Assembly: GCF_000621645.1 (NCBI RefSeq)
Contig: NZ_JHXR01000033.1
Location: forward strand, 1 to 19,187
Length of the DNA: 19,187 nt
Direction of reading: 5' to 3'
Origin: Vibrio cholerae ATCC 14035
Lineage (GTDB): Bacteria > Pseudomonadota > Gammaproteobacteria > Enterobacterales > Vibrionaceae
Both the position numbers and the translations under genes were made by a program. Of this stretch, positions 1 through 6,954 are shown piece by piece (the first letter of the stretch is position 1; each line of letters begins with the position of its first letter). The notes under the pieces are model-generated. The model was not told the DNA's origin, did no database searches, and saw only the letters and a program-made list of their open reading frames with translations.

Positions 1-2069
1 TCCAGCCAGCGAAAATCGACCAAGGCTTTATCCCACAACTGCTCATGCAAGGGCAAAAACCCTTGTTGATAGTGCTTGAGCTGCTCGATACGCGCGGAGT
101 TTTTACGCGTTTCATCGCGGCTTAAATGCACCATCGCCGGAGTGTTAAACAGCATGGCACGCAAATCACGCACGGCTTTGACATTCGAAAACTTCAAACT
201 GTCGCTGTGCCAGTGGTGGCTACTGATCAGCTCGTCATGAAACACCGCTTGATAGAGCGGCACTTTATACTCAGGGGCAAACAGTAAGCTGCGATAAGGC
301 TCTTTGACTTGCGCTGATTTAAAGAAAAAATCCGGCTTTTCATCGGGATACCAGTTCCCCAAATAATAGGGTGACTGCTTGTCACTCTTCATCGCTTGGT
401 CTGTCCAGCCAAAGCCGACTGTTTCCATACCATGAGCAAACACCAGCCCTTGAGTGGTTAGGGCATTGCCATCTTCCGATCCCAAAATCAGCTTCGGCGT
501 GTTTGCAATATCCTGCATTCGGGTGTTAAAGGCGGCTAGCATCGCGGTTTCGTTGCTGCGCGAGCGGTAATCTTCCCGCGCCATGGCGGTGCCATCCACA
601 TCGAGAAACAGGCTGTTAAAGTGCCCGAAATGGAGAATATCTTGCACGCGCTGTTTAACGTAACCGAGTTCACAGGCGGGATTGAGATAAAAGCCGTTAC
701 CGCGAAAGCCCAGTTGCAACGTGCCATCGGCTTTTTCAATCGCGCAGTTTTCGCGCATGCGATCCGGCAGCTGCGCGGTCAGCCAACTGTCGTTGATGCC
801 TTTTTCAATCGCGGTGTTGTATGAGTCATACACGCCAATCAGATAGCCGGCTTGTTTGGCGCTATCGACCACTTGCGGCTGATAAAAAGCTGGCATCCAG
901 TTATCGAGACCTAGCCAGAGTTTGCTTAATCCCGCTTGCTGTAGGGTGCTGATCATGGGTTGCGCTAACCCTTGTCCCCATTGATCGCTCGGTTTGAGGT
1001 ATGCGCCAGCGTGTTCAGTCAGCCACGCTTTGCGCTGCTGCGCGGCTTGGTACTGCGCTTGAATGGACGCCTGATTGGCGTTGAACTTCTGGTTCAAGGC
1101 TTGGTTTATCTCACCGACCAGCAATTTTTTCTGATACTGATTAAGCCAGTCTTGGCCTTTTTTTAGGCTCGCCAGTTCCTTTTGTAATTCTGGTGAAGGG
1201 GTAAACTCAGAGCGCCAAAACCAATCGCGCAGCCCCCACCAATCCACCACATCTTGCACTGCGATTAAATCACGCCCGAATAGATAGACGTGGCTTGCGC
1301 CAATCATTTTTTCGATCTGCGGATTTGCCTTGCGTTTTTCCGCAAGTGAAACACGCAGCCCCGCCGCTTCGCGCCAGTCGCGATACGCTTTGGCTCCGGC
1401 CAGCATCTCATCGCCCACGGTGATGCGCACGCTAAAAGGCTCACTTTGGTTCAGCGGGGTAAACCAGTGCTCCGCTTGTAAGTCCAGCTTATTTTGCTGC
1501 TCACTAAAGTGCAGCTGGTTATTGGTGGCGTTGAGCAGTTGATAGCTGATGAAGTGTTCGCCCTGCTGCGCGCTCCAGAACGGCATTTTGAGATCTTGCG
1601 TGGTATTGGCACCCGAATGATTGTCTATCAAATAACGTGTCCAAGTCGGGTTATCGGTTGGCACTCGCATTCCTTCGTCAAACGGCAGTAAAAGCGTTTG
1701 GGTCGATGCTTCACTGAGATCAAACCAGCGCAGTGCTTTAGGAGCTTGGCGTTCAATCTCATGAGCACTTGGCCAGCGAAAATCGATGTTCAACCCTTGT
1801 TGTAACTGTGCAGACACTTGCACGCCACTTGGCTTAAGTGTCCATGTCGCTTGCTCGGCGCTTTGGGTTAATTGCGTTGCCTGTTGTGTCTGCCCGTCAA
1901 TCTGTAGGCAGCCTTGGTTGATAGCGAAAGTTTGTGAGTCTTGCTTGAGGATGATGGCCAGTGTGTCGGGGTCAATCTGCCAGTGCTGATCGCCCTGTTT
2001 TAAGGTCAACGCAAAGCTCGGCGCGCTCACCAGCAGCAGTAGCCCCAGTGAGGAAAAGGTTAATTTCAT
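1..2069 (-). CDS. Secreted protein of at least 689 aa, function unknown (possibly a TIM-barrel glycosidase-like enzyme). Its 3' end lies beyond the left window edge.
   Basis: Own translation of the minus strand from ATG 2069..2067, with AGGAGA 6 nt upstream. It reads MKLTFSSLGLLLLVSAPSFA/LTLKQGDQHW... and stays open to position 3 (...ALVDFRWL). I spot-checked the frame at 960..1019 (TEHAGAYLKPSDQWGQGLAQ) and at the left edge. It is absent from the supplied ORF track, presumably because it is open-ended, and no competing minus-strand ORF is listed at 740..2157. The N-terminus looks like a signal peptide. Motifs such as NSLFLDVDG and LGSEDGN only weakly recall glycosidase-like TIM barrels. Confidence 0.8.
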   Translation of the reverse strand, partial: MKLTFSSLGLLLLVSAPSFALTLKQGDQHWQIDPDTLAIILKQDSQTFAINQGCLQIDGQTQQATQLTQSAEQATWTLKPSGVQVSAQLQQGLNIDFRWPSAHEIERQAPKALRWFDLSEASTQTLLLPFDEGMRVPTDNPTWTRYLIDNHSGANTTQDLKMPFWSAQQGEHFISYQLLNATNNQLHFSEQQNKLDLQAEHWFTPLNQSEPFSVRITVGDEMLAGAKAYRDWREAAGLRVSLAEKRKANPQIEKMIGASHVYLFGRDLIAVQDVVDWWGLRDWFWRSEFTPSPELQKELASLKKGQDWLNQYQKKLLVGEINQALNQKFNANQASIQAQYQAAQQRKAWLTEHAGAYLKPSDQWGQGLAQPMISTLQQAGLSKLWLGLDNWMPAFYQPQVVDSAKQAGYLIGVYDSYNTAIEKGINDSWLTAQLPDRMRENCAIEKADGTLQLGFRGNGFYLNPACELGYVKQRVQDILHFGHFNSLFLDVDGTAMAREDYRSRSNETAMLAAFNTRMQDIANTPKLILGSEDGNALTTQGLVFAHGMETVGFGWTDQAMKSDKQSPYYLGNWYPDEKPDFFFKSAQVKEPYRSLLFAPEYKVPLYQAVFHDELISSHHWHSDSLKFSNVKAVRDLRAMLFNTPAMVHLSRDETRKNSARIEQLKHYQQGFLPLHEQLWDKALVDFRWL

Positions 2070-2120
2070 ATCGGTCTCCTATCGTGTAACCCAGATATTT
2101 AACCTCGTCCATCGATAGGT

Positions 2121-2140
2121 TTTGTCACCAGTATGTCTTT
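2121..2140 (-). promoter_or_regulatory. Candidate response-regulator half-site pair (TGTCAC-N5-TGTCTT on the + strand), 52-71 bp upstream of the ATG at 2069
   Basis: tttgtcaccagtatgtcttt contains two TGTC-type hexamers offset by 11 bp. Orientation and distance to the downstream start match the stronger sites at 5140..5164 and 5772..5796. Similarity outside the TTTGT/TGTC positions is poor, and no matching -10 sits at the same spacing. Confidence 0.2.
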
Positions 2141-2157
2141 CCCTCTTTTGCCTGAAC

Positions 2158-2988
2158 TTAGTCAATGGGTATCGTCAGGCGCTGCATTTGCTCCACGCGA
2201 ATGGTGCCTTGGTATTCACTTTGGATAACGCTGAGGCTACGCCAGCGCGCTTGAGAAGGGGCTATGGGTGGGGCAGGATGCTGATCACGGTTGACGGTTT
2301 GTGAGTGCAGCAGGGTAAAGTTTTGATCAAAAAATTGCCAACGAGCCAGTGACGATGCGCAGCCCGAAGGCGTGGCGGGGAAGCGGATAGTGAGATCGGC
2401 CGCGCTGGATTGTTCAATCCACGGTGTGCTGGAAGGGGCCGAAATCAGCAGCGCCATGCGCTGCTCGCCCAGCGTGAGCCAATAGACACCTGCGGCATAC
2501 GGCGAGAGAAGATCGCGACTTTCCACTTCGGCGTAATCGGCAGGCGCAAGCTCTGCTGCTAACAAGGTTGCACCTTGCGAAGATGCCAGACGCACCGCCA
2601 GCGGCTGGCTGAGGTTTTCGGCGCTCAGCCTCACTTGGTAGCCTTGAAAGGTCTGATTGAACTTATGAATAAAAGTCACCGCAATCGCAAGATCGTTAAG
2701 CGATGCACTTGGCAGTGCTTGTCCACATTGGGTTTGACTGAGGATGGCCTCTTTAATTGGTTGCCAAAAAGGCTCGGCTACGGGCGTGGTAGACAGTGTG
2801 TGGATGAGCTCGTGCCACGCTTGCGTGGGATGCCCCTCAACCAATAGCTGGTAACTGCTTTGCAGCGGTGTGGTGCGAAACCAAGCATGGGTGGGGCTTG
2901 GCGGCGTTTCCGCTATCGCGGCGCCGCTTAGTAATGCGCTGAGTATGCCAAGTCGCGCAATGTGATTGCGAAAAGAGGCGCAGATCAT
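2158..2988 (-). CDS. Exported (periplasmic) protein of unknown function, 276 aa, translationally coupled to the response regulator
   Basis: Track ORF. ATG 2988..2986 overlaps the regulator's TGA (2987..2985) as ATGA, and AGGAG lies 7 nt upstream. The N-terminus is signal-peptide-like (ARLGILSALLSGAAIA/ETPP). I recognise no catalytic motif. Confidence 0.85.
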   Translation of the reverse strand: MICASFRNHIARLGILSALLSGAAIAETPPSPTHAWFRTTPLQSSYQLLVEGHPTQAWHELIHTLSTTPVAEPFWQPIKEAILSQTQCGQALPSASLNDLAIAVTFIHKFNQTFQGYQVRLSAENLSQPLAVRLASSQGATLLAAELAPADYAEVESRDLLSPYAAGVYWLTLGEQRMALLISAPSSTPWIEQSSAADLTIRFPATPSGCASSLARWQFFDQNFTLLHSQTVNRDQHPAPPIAPSQARWRSLSVIQSEYQGTIRVEQMQRLTIPID

Positions 2989-3635
2989 ACGGAGGCTCCT
3001 TTGAGGCGATAACCGACGCCGCGCAGGGTCTCGATATCCAGTTGTGGCAGTTTTTGCCGCAAATGCAAAATGTGGTTATCCACGGTGCGTGTGGTCGGGA
3101 AATATTGATAACCCCAAATAAGATTGAGCAGCTCATCACGGTGATAAACGCGCCCCGGATTTTGCAATAGCATCAGCAGCAGTTGAAACTCTTTCGGTTT
3201 GAGCTCAACCGGCGTTTGGTTATGCAGCACAGATCGATTAGCCACATCGACCACAATATCCGCGTAGCTGAGTACGCTACTGCCGAGCGGGCGCAGTTGC
3301 GCTTCGATGCGTGCCAGCAACTCTTGGTGGGAAAAGGGCTTGAGCACATAATCTTTCGCCCCCGCTTTGAGCCCTTCAATCCGTTGCTCCACTTCAATTT
3401 TGGCGGTCAGTACGATCACTGGCAGGGCTTTAAGCATCAACCAGTGCGGCAGATGTTTCAGGCTGTCACCATCGTGCAATTGCCGATCCAAAATCACCAG
3501 ATCGGTACTGAACCAGTGCTTTTCGACCTGTTGGCTCTGCGTTACCCACTCGCATGCATAACCATGGTCATGCAGATAATCGCGCAGACCTTGGCCGAGT
3601 AAGGTGTCATCTTCAATCAGCAAAATACGCTTCAT
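2985..3635 (-). CDS. OmpR/PhoB-family response regulator (receiver plus winged-helix DNA-binding domain)
   Basis: Receiver motifs are MKRILLIEDD, the phospho-acceptor context DLVILD, VIVLTAK and DYVLKPF. The C-terminal winged helix reads ...TVDNHILHLRQKL...LRGVGYRL. I prefer ATG 3635..3633 (GGAG about 9 nt upstream, ATGA overlap with the kinase stop) over the track's upstream TTG at 3656. Confidence 0.93.
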   Translation of the reverse strand: MKRILLIEDDTLLGQGLRDYLHDHGYACEWVTQSQQVEKHWFSTDLVILDRQLHDGDSLKHLPHWLMLKALPVIVLTAKIEVEQRIEGLKAGAKDYVLKPFSHQELLARIEAQLRPLGSSVLSYADIVVDVANRSVLHNQTPVELKPKEFQLLLMLLQNPGRVYHRDELLNLIWGYQYFPTTRTVDNHILHLRQKLPQLDIETLRGVGYRLKGASV

Positions 3636-5086
3636 AGCGGCAGCTCCAAAATACAACGGGTTGGATGACGACGGATAACCAGTTTGCCGCCCATTTGGGT
3701 GATGAGTTTTCGCACCAACTGTAAGCCAACGCCCATGTTATCTGTGTTTGGGCGAGAGTGAGTGTCTTGATGCCTCGAAAGTCGTTTGCACAGACGTTGG
3801 TAGAAAGAGGGAAATTCACCGCAATCTTCCACTTCAATGCGCAGCGTTTGTGCAACCACACTCACCGTCAGGCGAATGGGCGGCACGCCATGCTGCTTGG
3901 CATTGCTGAGTAAGTTGGTGACGCACAGCCCAAGCCAGTAATAAGGTAGTGCCAGTATTGAGTCGTGTTTGAGATGAAGCTCAACCTCAAAGCCCTCGAT
4001 ACAATGCTCGATGAAGTCACTCAACTGCGCTGGATGGCGCGCCATGGTGTCGTGGCTTGGGCTCAAGTAGTGGCGACTGGTTTCGCTCAGTTGTGCTAGC
4101 CGCTGATGATCGGCCATTAATCGCCATAAGCTCTCTTGCGCCTTGGGGGATAACTCATCAAATTGGCTGCGTAGTGATTCGACGGTAAACCCTAAACTGG
4201 TGATGGGCGTGCGCAGTTCGTGAGTCAGCAGTTGCAAAATAAAGCGCCGCTCGCGCCCTTCTTGATAGCGCAGCCAAAGTGAACGCAGCGCAGCGCCAAA
4301 CGCAAGCAACACGCCGATCACCAAACCGCTATACAGTAACGCATGACTGCTGACTCGCTGATTAAAGCAGAGGTTGCTGTAACGCTCATCGCAAGGCTTG
4401 TGCGCTTGATAAGGCTCAAGCGTGAATGGCAGTGGTGCGGTGAGTGCGCGCCACTGCACGCTCGAAAGCACATGCCAGCCCGCTTCGCTGCTTAGCCACA
4501 GTTCATCATTTGGCGCAAGATAAAGGCGAAAACCGTTGAGCAGTGCATCTACCCCCGCAGCGCCCGGTCGTTGCCACAAGGTATGCAACGGATGATAGCG
4601 GCTCGCCAAAGTAAAACGTGTTGGATGCGTCGAAGCAAAGCTTGCCTGTTCTGAATCCGGTAAGTGTTCAATATAGCGATCTGCGTAGCTGCCTCCCGCC
4701 GGATGTTGCCACGCAACACGTTGAAACCACTCTGCGCCGAGCGGCGTTTGGCGACATAACGCCAACTCAAATTCGACCGCTTTCGCCAAATACGGCGAAG
4801 AGGAGTTTCGCGGCTGGCACTGCTTGGCCGTGGCGGCTAAATCTGCGATGTCTTGCCAGGTATATTGAGTAAAATCAGGATATTGACTGTGACTGCTGAG
4901 TAGCGCAAACGGGTATTGATTGAGGGTTTGGCTCGCCACCAGTGGCGTGCTTTGCTGCTCAAGTGCTGCGCGATAAAAAATCGACCAGCGCTGAGTTTCA
5001 GGCAGGTCAATATTGGCCAGTGTGGGCACTGCCCATAAGCTACACAGTAAGAGGCTTAACCAGCGGTGAGTCAGCAGCAACGTCAT
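3632..5086 (-). CDS. Sensor histidine kinase with a large (about 225 aa) periplasmic domain
   Basis: TM1 is about residues 9-24 (WLSLLLCSLWAVPTLA) and TM2 about 250-272 (ALLYSGLVIGVLLAFGAALRSLWL). The H-box LTHELRTPITSL follows TM2 closely with no HAMP-length linker. N-box is NLLSNAKQHG, G2 is GVGLQLV, and G1 is atypical (EDCGEF). The periplasmic part has four Cys and no Met. Confidence 0.93.
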   Translation of the reverse strand: MTLLLTHRWLSLLLCSLWAVPTLANIDLPETQRWSIFYRAALEQQSTPLVASQTLNQYPFALLSSHSQYPDFTQYTWQDIADLAATAKQCQPRNSSSPYLAKAVEFELALCRQTPLGAEWFQRVAWQHPAGGSYADRYIEHLPDSEQASFASTHPTRFTLASRYHPLHTLWQRPGAAGVDALLNGFRLYLAPNDELWLSSEAGWHVLSSVQWRALTAPLPFTLEPYQAHKPCDERYSNLCFNQRVSSHALLYSGLVIGVLLAFGAALRSLWLRYQEGRERRFILQLLTHELRTPITSLGFTVESLRSQFDELSPKAQESLWRLMADHQRLAQLSETSRHYLSPSHDTMARHPAQLSDFIEHCIEGFEVELHLKHDSILALPYYWLGLCVTNLLSNAKQHGVPPIRLTVSVVAQTLRIEVEDCGEFPSFYQRLCKRLSRHQDTHSRPNTDNMGVGLQLVRKLITQMGGKLVIRRHPTRCILELPL

Positions 5087-5117
5087 GATTTAAATACTTA
5101 GAATTGGGTTCATGCCA

Positions 5118-5164
5118 ATAGTAGCCGCTTCATCACAAGATTTGTAATTTGGGTGTCAACAAAT
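5118..5164 (-). promoter_or_regulatory. Promoter/operator module A upstream of the kinase-regulator operon: TTGACA-N5-ATTACA-N19-TACTAT (minus strand)
   Basis: On the + strand, tgtaat is at 5143..5148 and tgtcaa at 5154..5159 (11-bp offset), with inverted flanks agatttgt/acaaatct. The -10-like TACTAT is the reverse complement of 5118..5123. The kinase ATG at 5086 lies 31 nt downstream of the -10. The core is nearly identical to copy B at 5772..5796. Confidence 0.6.
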
Positions 5165-5188
5165 CTGCTGATCAAACGCCGTGATCGC

Positions 5189-5701
5189 TTAGAACGGCCC
5201 GTTGTTAGCACGAAGCCTGTCCGGTAAACCATCGTGATCACCCAGCTCGCGATCGGGCACATCATGCCAGTTGAGCTTGCCAAGGCGAGCATTACGTTCG
5301 GGATGAACGGCGTAGTGAATGCGGTTATCTTCTCGTTCGGTGTCTCCGATACACAACAAGCGGACGATCTGGTCGGTATTGTTGATAAAGGTATGTGCGA
5401 GACCATCCCCCGCTTTGAAGCCAACCGAGTCGCCCGGCTGTAGTCGATAGAGGACGCCATCCAGCCAGACATCGGGTGTGCCTTCCAATACATGCACAAA
5501 TTCATCTTCCGTTTTTTCCGCGTGAGGCCAACTGGTGCGATGTCCGGGCTCGACAATTTCATGGTGAATGCCGATCCGCGCGAAGCCAAAATAGTGACCA
5601 AGCGCGCAGCCAATAGACAGCGGCTCTTGGCTACCAGAGTAGTAACGAGGCTCCTTTTCCTATAGTTCACTCCAATGTTTGATGCAGGGATGACGATCCA
5701 T
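5189..5701 (-). pseudogene. Cupin-fold protein gene (about 170 codons) interrupted by an in-frame TAG at codon 14
   Basis: Own translation from ATG 5701..5699 (AGGAGA 6 nt upstream) gives MDRHPCIKHWSEL*EKEPRYYSGSQEPLSIGCALGHYFGFARIGIHHEIVEPGHRTSWPHAEKTEDEFVHVLEGTPDVWLDG...NNGPF. The TAG is the reverse complement of 5660..5662. The track reports only the 102-aa tail, starting at a GTG at 5497. No ATG, GTG or TTG lies in frame between the TAG and 5497. Confidence 0.75.
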
Positions 5702-5749
5702 TTTCTTCTCCTGTTGTTGCGCCAGTGCTGGGGTAACCCAATTTCAGGC

Positions 5750-5796
5750 ATAGTAATGATTTTGCAATTGAATTTGTAATCCGAGTGTCAACAAAT
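5750..5796 (-). promoter_or_regulatory. Promoter/operator module B upstream of the cupin gene: TTGACA-N5-ATTACA-N19-TACTAT (minus strand)
   Basis: On the + strand, tgtaat is at 5775..5780 and tgtcaa at 5786..5791. TACTAT is the reverse complement of 5750..5755. The 25-bp core 5772..5796 matches 5140..5164 at 22/25 positions, and all three differences fall in the 5-bp spacer between half-sites. The cupin ATG lies 48 nt downstream of the -10. Confidence 0.6.
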
Positions 5797-5813
5797 AGGA
5801 AAGAGGAGGGAAG

Positions 5814-5854
5814 TTGGCAGCAAAGTCTGTTTTTATACTCTCCTTTGCTGCCAA
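5814..5854 (-). terminator. Strong hairpin downstream of the cupredoxin gene, a probable terminator of the copper operon
   Basis: Perfect 12-bp stem ttggcagcaaag (5814..5825) / ctttgctgccaa (5843..5854) with a 17-nt loop. On the minus strand it begins 42 nt after the stop at 5896 and is followed by a pyrimidine-rich tract (CTTCCCTCCTCTTTCC) rather than a clean U-run. Confidence 0.45.
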
Positions 5855-5895
5855 TAGTGGATTAATCACCACCGATATAGATTGAGATCAATCGG

Positions 5896-6405
5896 TTATA
5901 ACTCGATGCTTTTCACCATTCCCGCTTCAGCGTGGCCGGGGATGTTACAAGCAAATTCCACCTTGTTATCACCTTGGAAATGCCACAGCAGCTCTTTGGT
6001 TTTGCCGGGTTTTACGGTGACTGTGCTGCCGCTGTCGTGTTCATGGTTACCCATTTGACGCATCATTTCACGGTGTTTCAGTTGCTCCACGGCGGAGCCA
6101 ATCGAAAATTCGTGATCGATTTTGCCTGTGTTCATCACCACAAACTGAACCACATCGTTAGGCTCAATGGTGACGTCTTTTTTGAATGTGATCTTCATGT
6201 CATCACTCAAAATGACGTGCACCACTTTGTTTGCTTTCGCCCCCGGTGCGGGCATGCCTACATCAGACATGCCTTCCATACCCATCATTTGAGAATGATC
6301 CATCGGCATCGCCCCGTGATCCATTTTTGAGTGATCCATCGAGTGCGCAAATGCTGTGGTGACAGTAAAAGTCAGTGCTATCACAAGCAGTGTTTTTTTT
6401 ATCAT
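5896..6405 (-). CDS. Periplasmic His/Met-rich cupredoxin-like copper-binding protein (CopI/Cot-like)
   Basis: Signal peptide MIKKTLLVIALTFTVTTAFA. His/Met-rich stretch HSMDHSKMDHGAMPMDHSQMMGMEGMSDVGMP. Cupredoxin domain with type-1 copper ligand spacing: His in KIDHEF and C-x4-H-x4-M in FACNIPGHAEAGM. Confidence 0.9.
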   Translation of the reverse strand: MIKKTLLVIALTFTVTTAFAHSMDHSKMDHGAMPMDHSQMMGMEGMSDVGMPAPGAKANKVVHVILSDDMKITFKKDVTIEPNDVVQFVVMNTGKIDHEFSIGSAVEQLKHREMMRQMGNHEHDSGSTVTVKPGKTKELLWHFQGDNKVEFACNIPGHAEAGMVKSIEL

Positions 6406-6514
6406 GGTTAGGTTCCTTGTTCGGGTTTTGTTTTGATCAGTTGTTTAAATTATGGCGTGAAAATACACATCACGTTTCACAGGGGAGCAGTGACAAGCAG
6501 AGTTGTTGATTGAG

Positions 6515-6925
6515 TTAAGCGATTGGCGGTCGATAGAGGGATTGCTGCCTTTGAATCACGGATTTTGTGGATTCATAGGGAATCAAAGCCAGTTGGTATT
6601 CTGTAGGTAGGCTATAGGTGGTTTGCGATAAAAGCGCCAACACACTCACGCATGCGGCGCTACAACAATTATGTATAGTGGGACTATCACTCGTGCAATG
6701 GTTTGAACTTATCTCCATTGAGGTATGGTTCATCTGCATGGTGGGAGACATTTTGCTTGCATCCATCATCACGCAACCGGAAGGCGCTTCAGCTTCGGAT
6801 TGGTAAGTGGAGGCACTGATCATTGGCCAAGTCATTAAAGGCGCGCTTGAAGCAATACTGGAACTCAGCATGGCAAACAGGCTGATAAGAGCGATCCAGA
6901 AGATGCGAACAGAAGAAAAACGCAT
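6515..6925 (-). CDS. Exported Cys/His/Met-rich small protein, putative copper-binding partner encoded first in the operon
   Basis: Track ORF, with AAGG 6 nt upstream of ATG 6925. Hydrophobic signal/anchor IFWIALISLFAMLSSSIASSAP. Metal-ligand-rich core CVMMDASKMSPTMQMNHTSMEISSNHCTSDSPTIHNCCSAAC. It sits 109 bp upstream of the cupredoxin gene on the same strand. Confidence 0.8.
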   Translation of the reverse strand: MRFSSVRIFWIALISLFAMLSSSIASSAPLMTWPMISASTYQSEAEAPSGCVMMDASKMSPTMQMNHTSMEISSNHCTSDSPTIHNCCSAACVSVLALLSQTTYSLPTEYQLALIPYESTKSVIQRQQSLYRPPIA

Positions 6926-6954
6926 TGTGTGCCTTGAATGAAAAACTTAGTCGC

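Noticed and set aside
621-1989. Several 60-70-aa plus-strand ORFs (621..824, 972..1166, 1330..1542, 1494..1691, 1786..1989) and the minus-strand ORF 536..739
   Set aside because: All lie inside the long open-ended minus-strand gene (1..2069) in other frames or antisense. They have no SD and Cys/Arg/Ser-rich junk-like composition.
2078-2119. 7-bp inverted repeat CCTATCG/CGATAGG whose downstream arm overlaps the SD of the large secreted-protein gene
   Set aside because: The stem is only 7 bp with a 28-nt loop, which is thermodynamically weak. There is no supporting evidence for a translational switch.
3636-3656. Upstream TTG start for the response regulator (MYFGAAAMKRILL...)
   Set aside because: ATG 3635 gives the canonical MKRILLIEDD N-terminus. 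It has a GGAG at proper spacing and forms an ATGA overlap with the kinase stop.
2575-3861. Overlapping or antisense ORFs within the two-component genes (2575..2847, 2837..3139, 3173..3397, 3183..3602, 3367..3561, 3613..3861), plus 4549..4770 and 4618..4872
   Set aside because: They are shadow ORFs of GC-rich, well-supported kinase, regulator and periplasmic-protein genes, with no independent signals.
5102-5743. 9-bp inverted pair AATTGGGTT (5102..5110) / AACCCAATT (5735..5743), each just downstream of a TACTAT element
   Set aside because: A 9-bp match is expected many times by chance in a 19-kb window, and the two copies are about 630 nt apart on what are probably different transcripts. The positional coincidence with the duplicated promoter is noted but is not enough.
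5110-5751. 213-aa minus-strand ORF from the track (MPEIGLPQHWRNNRRRKW...)
   Set aside because: It is out of frame with, and completely overlaps, the cupin reading frame, which has clear family-like sequence, its own SD and an ATG at 5701. The 213-aa product is low-complexity and Arg/Ser-rich with no recognisable features. It appears long only because the true gene is split by the TAG.
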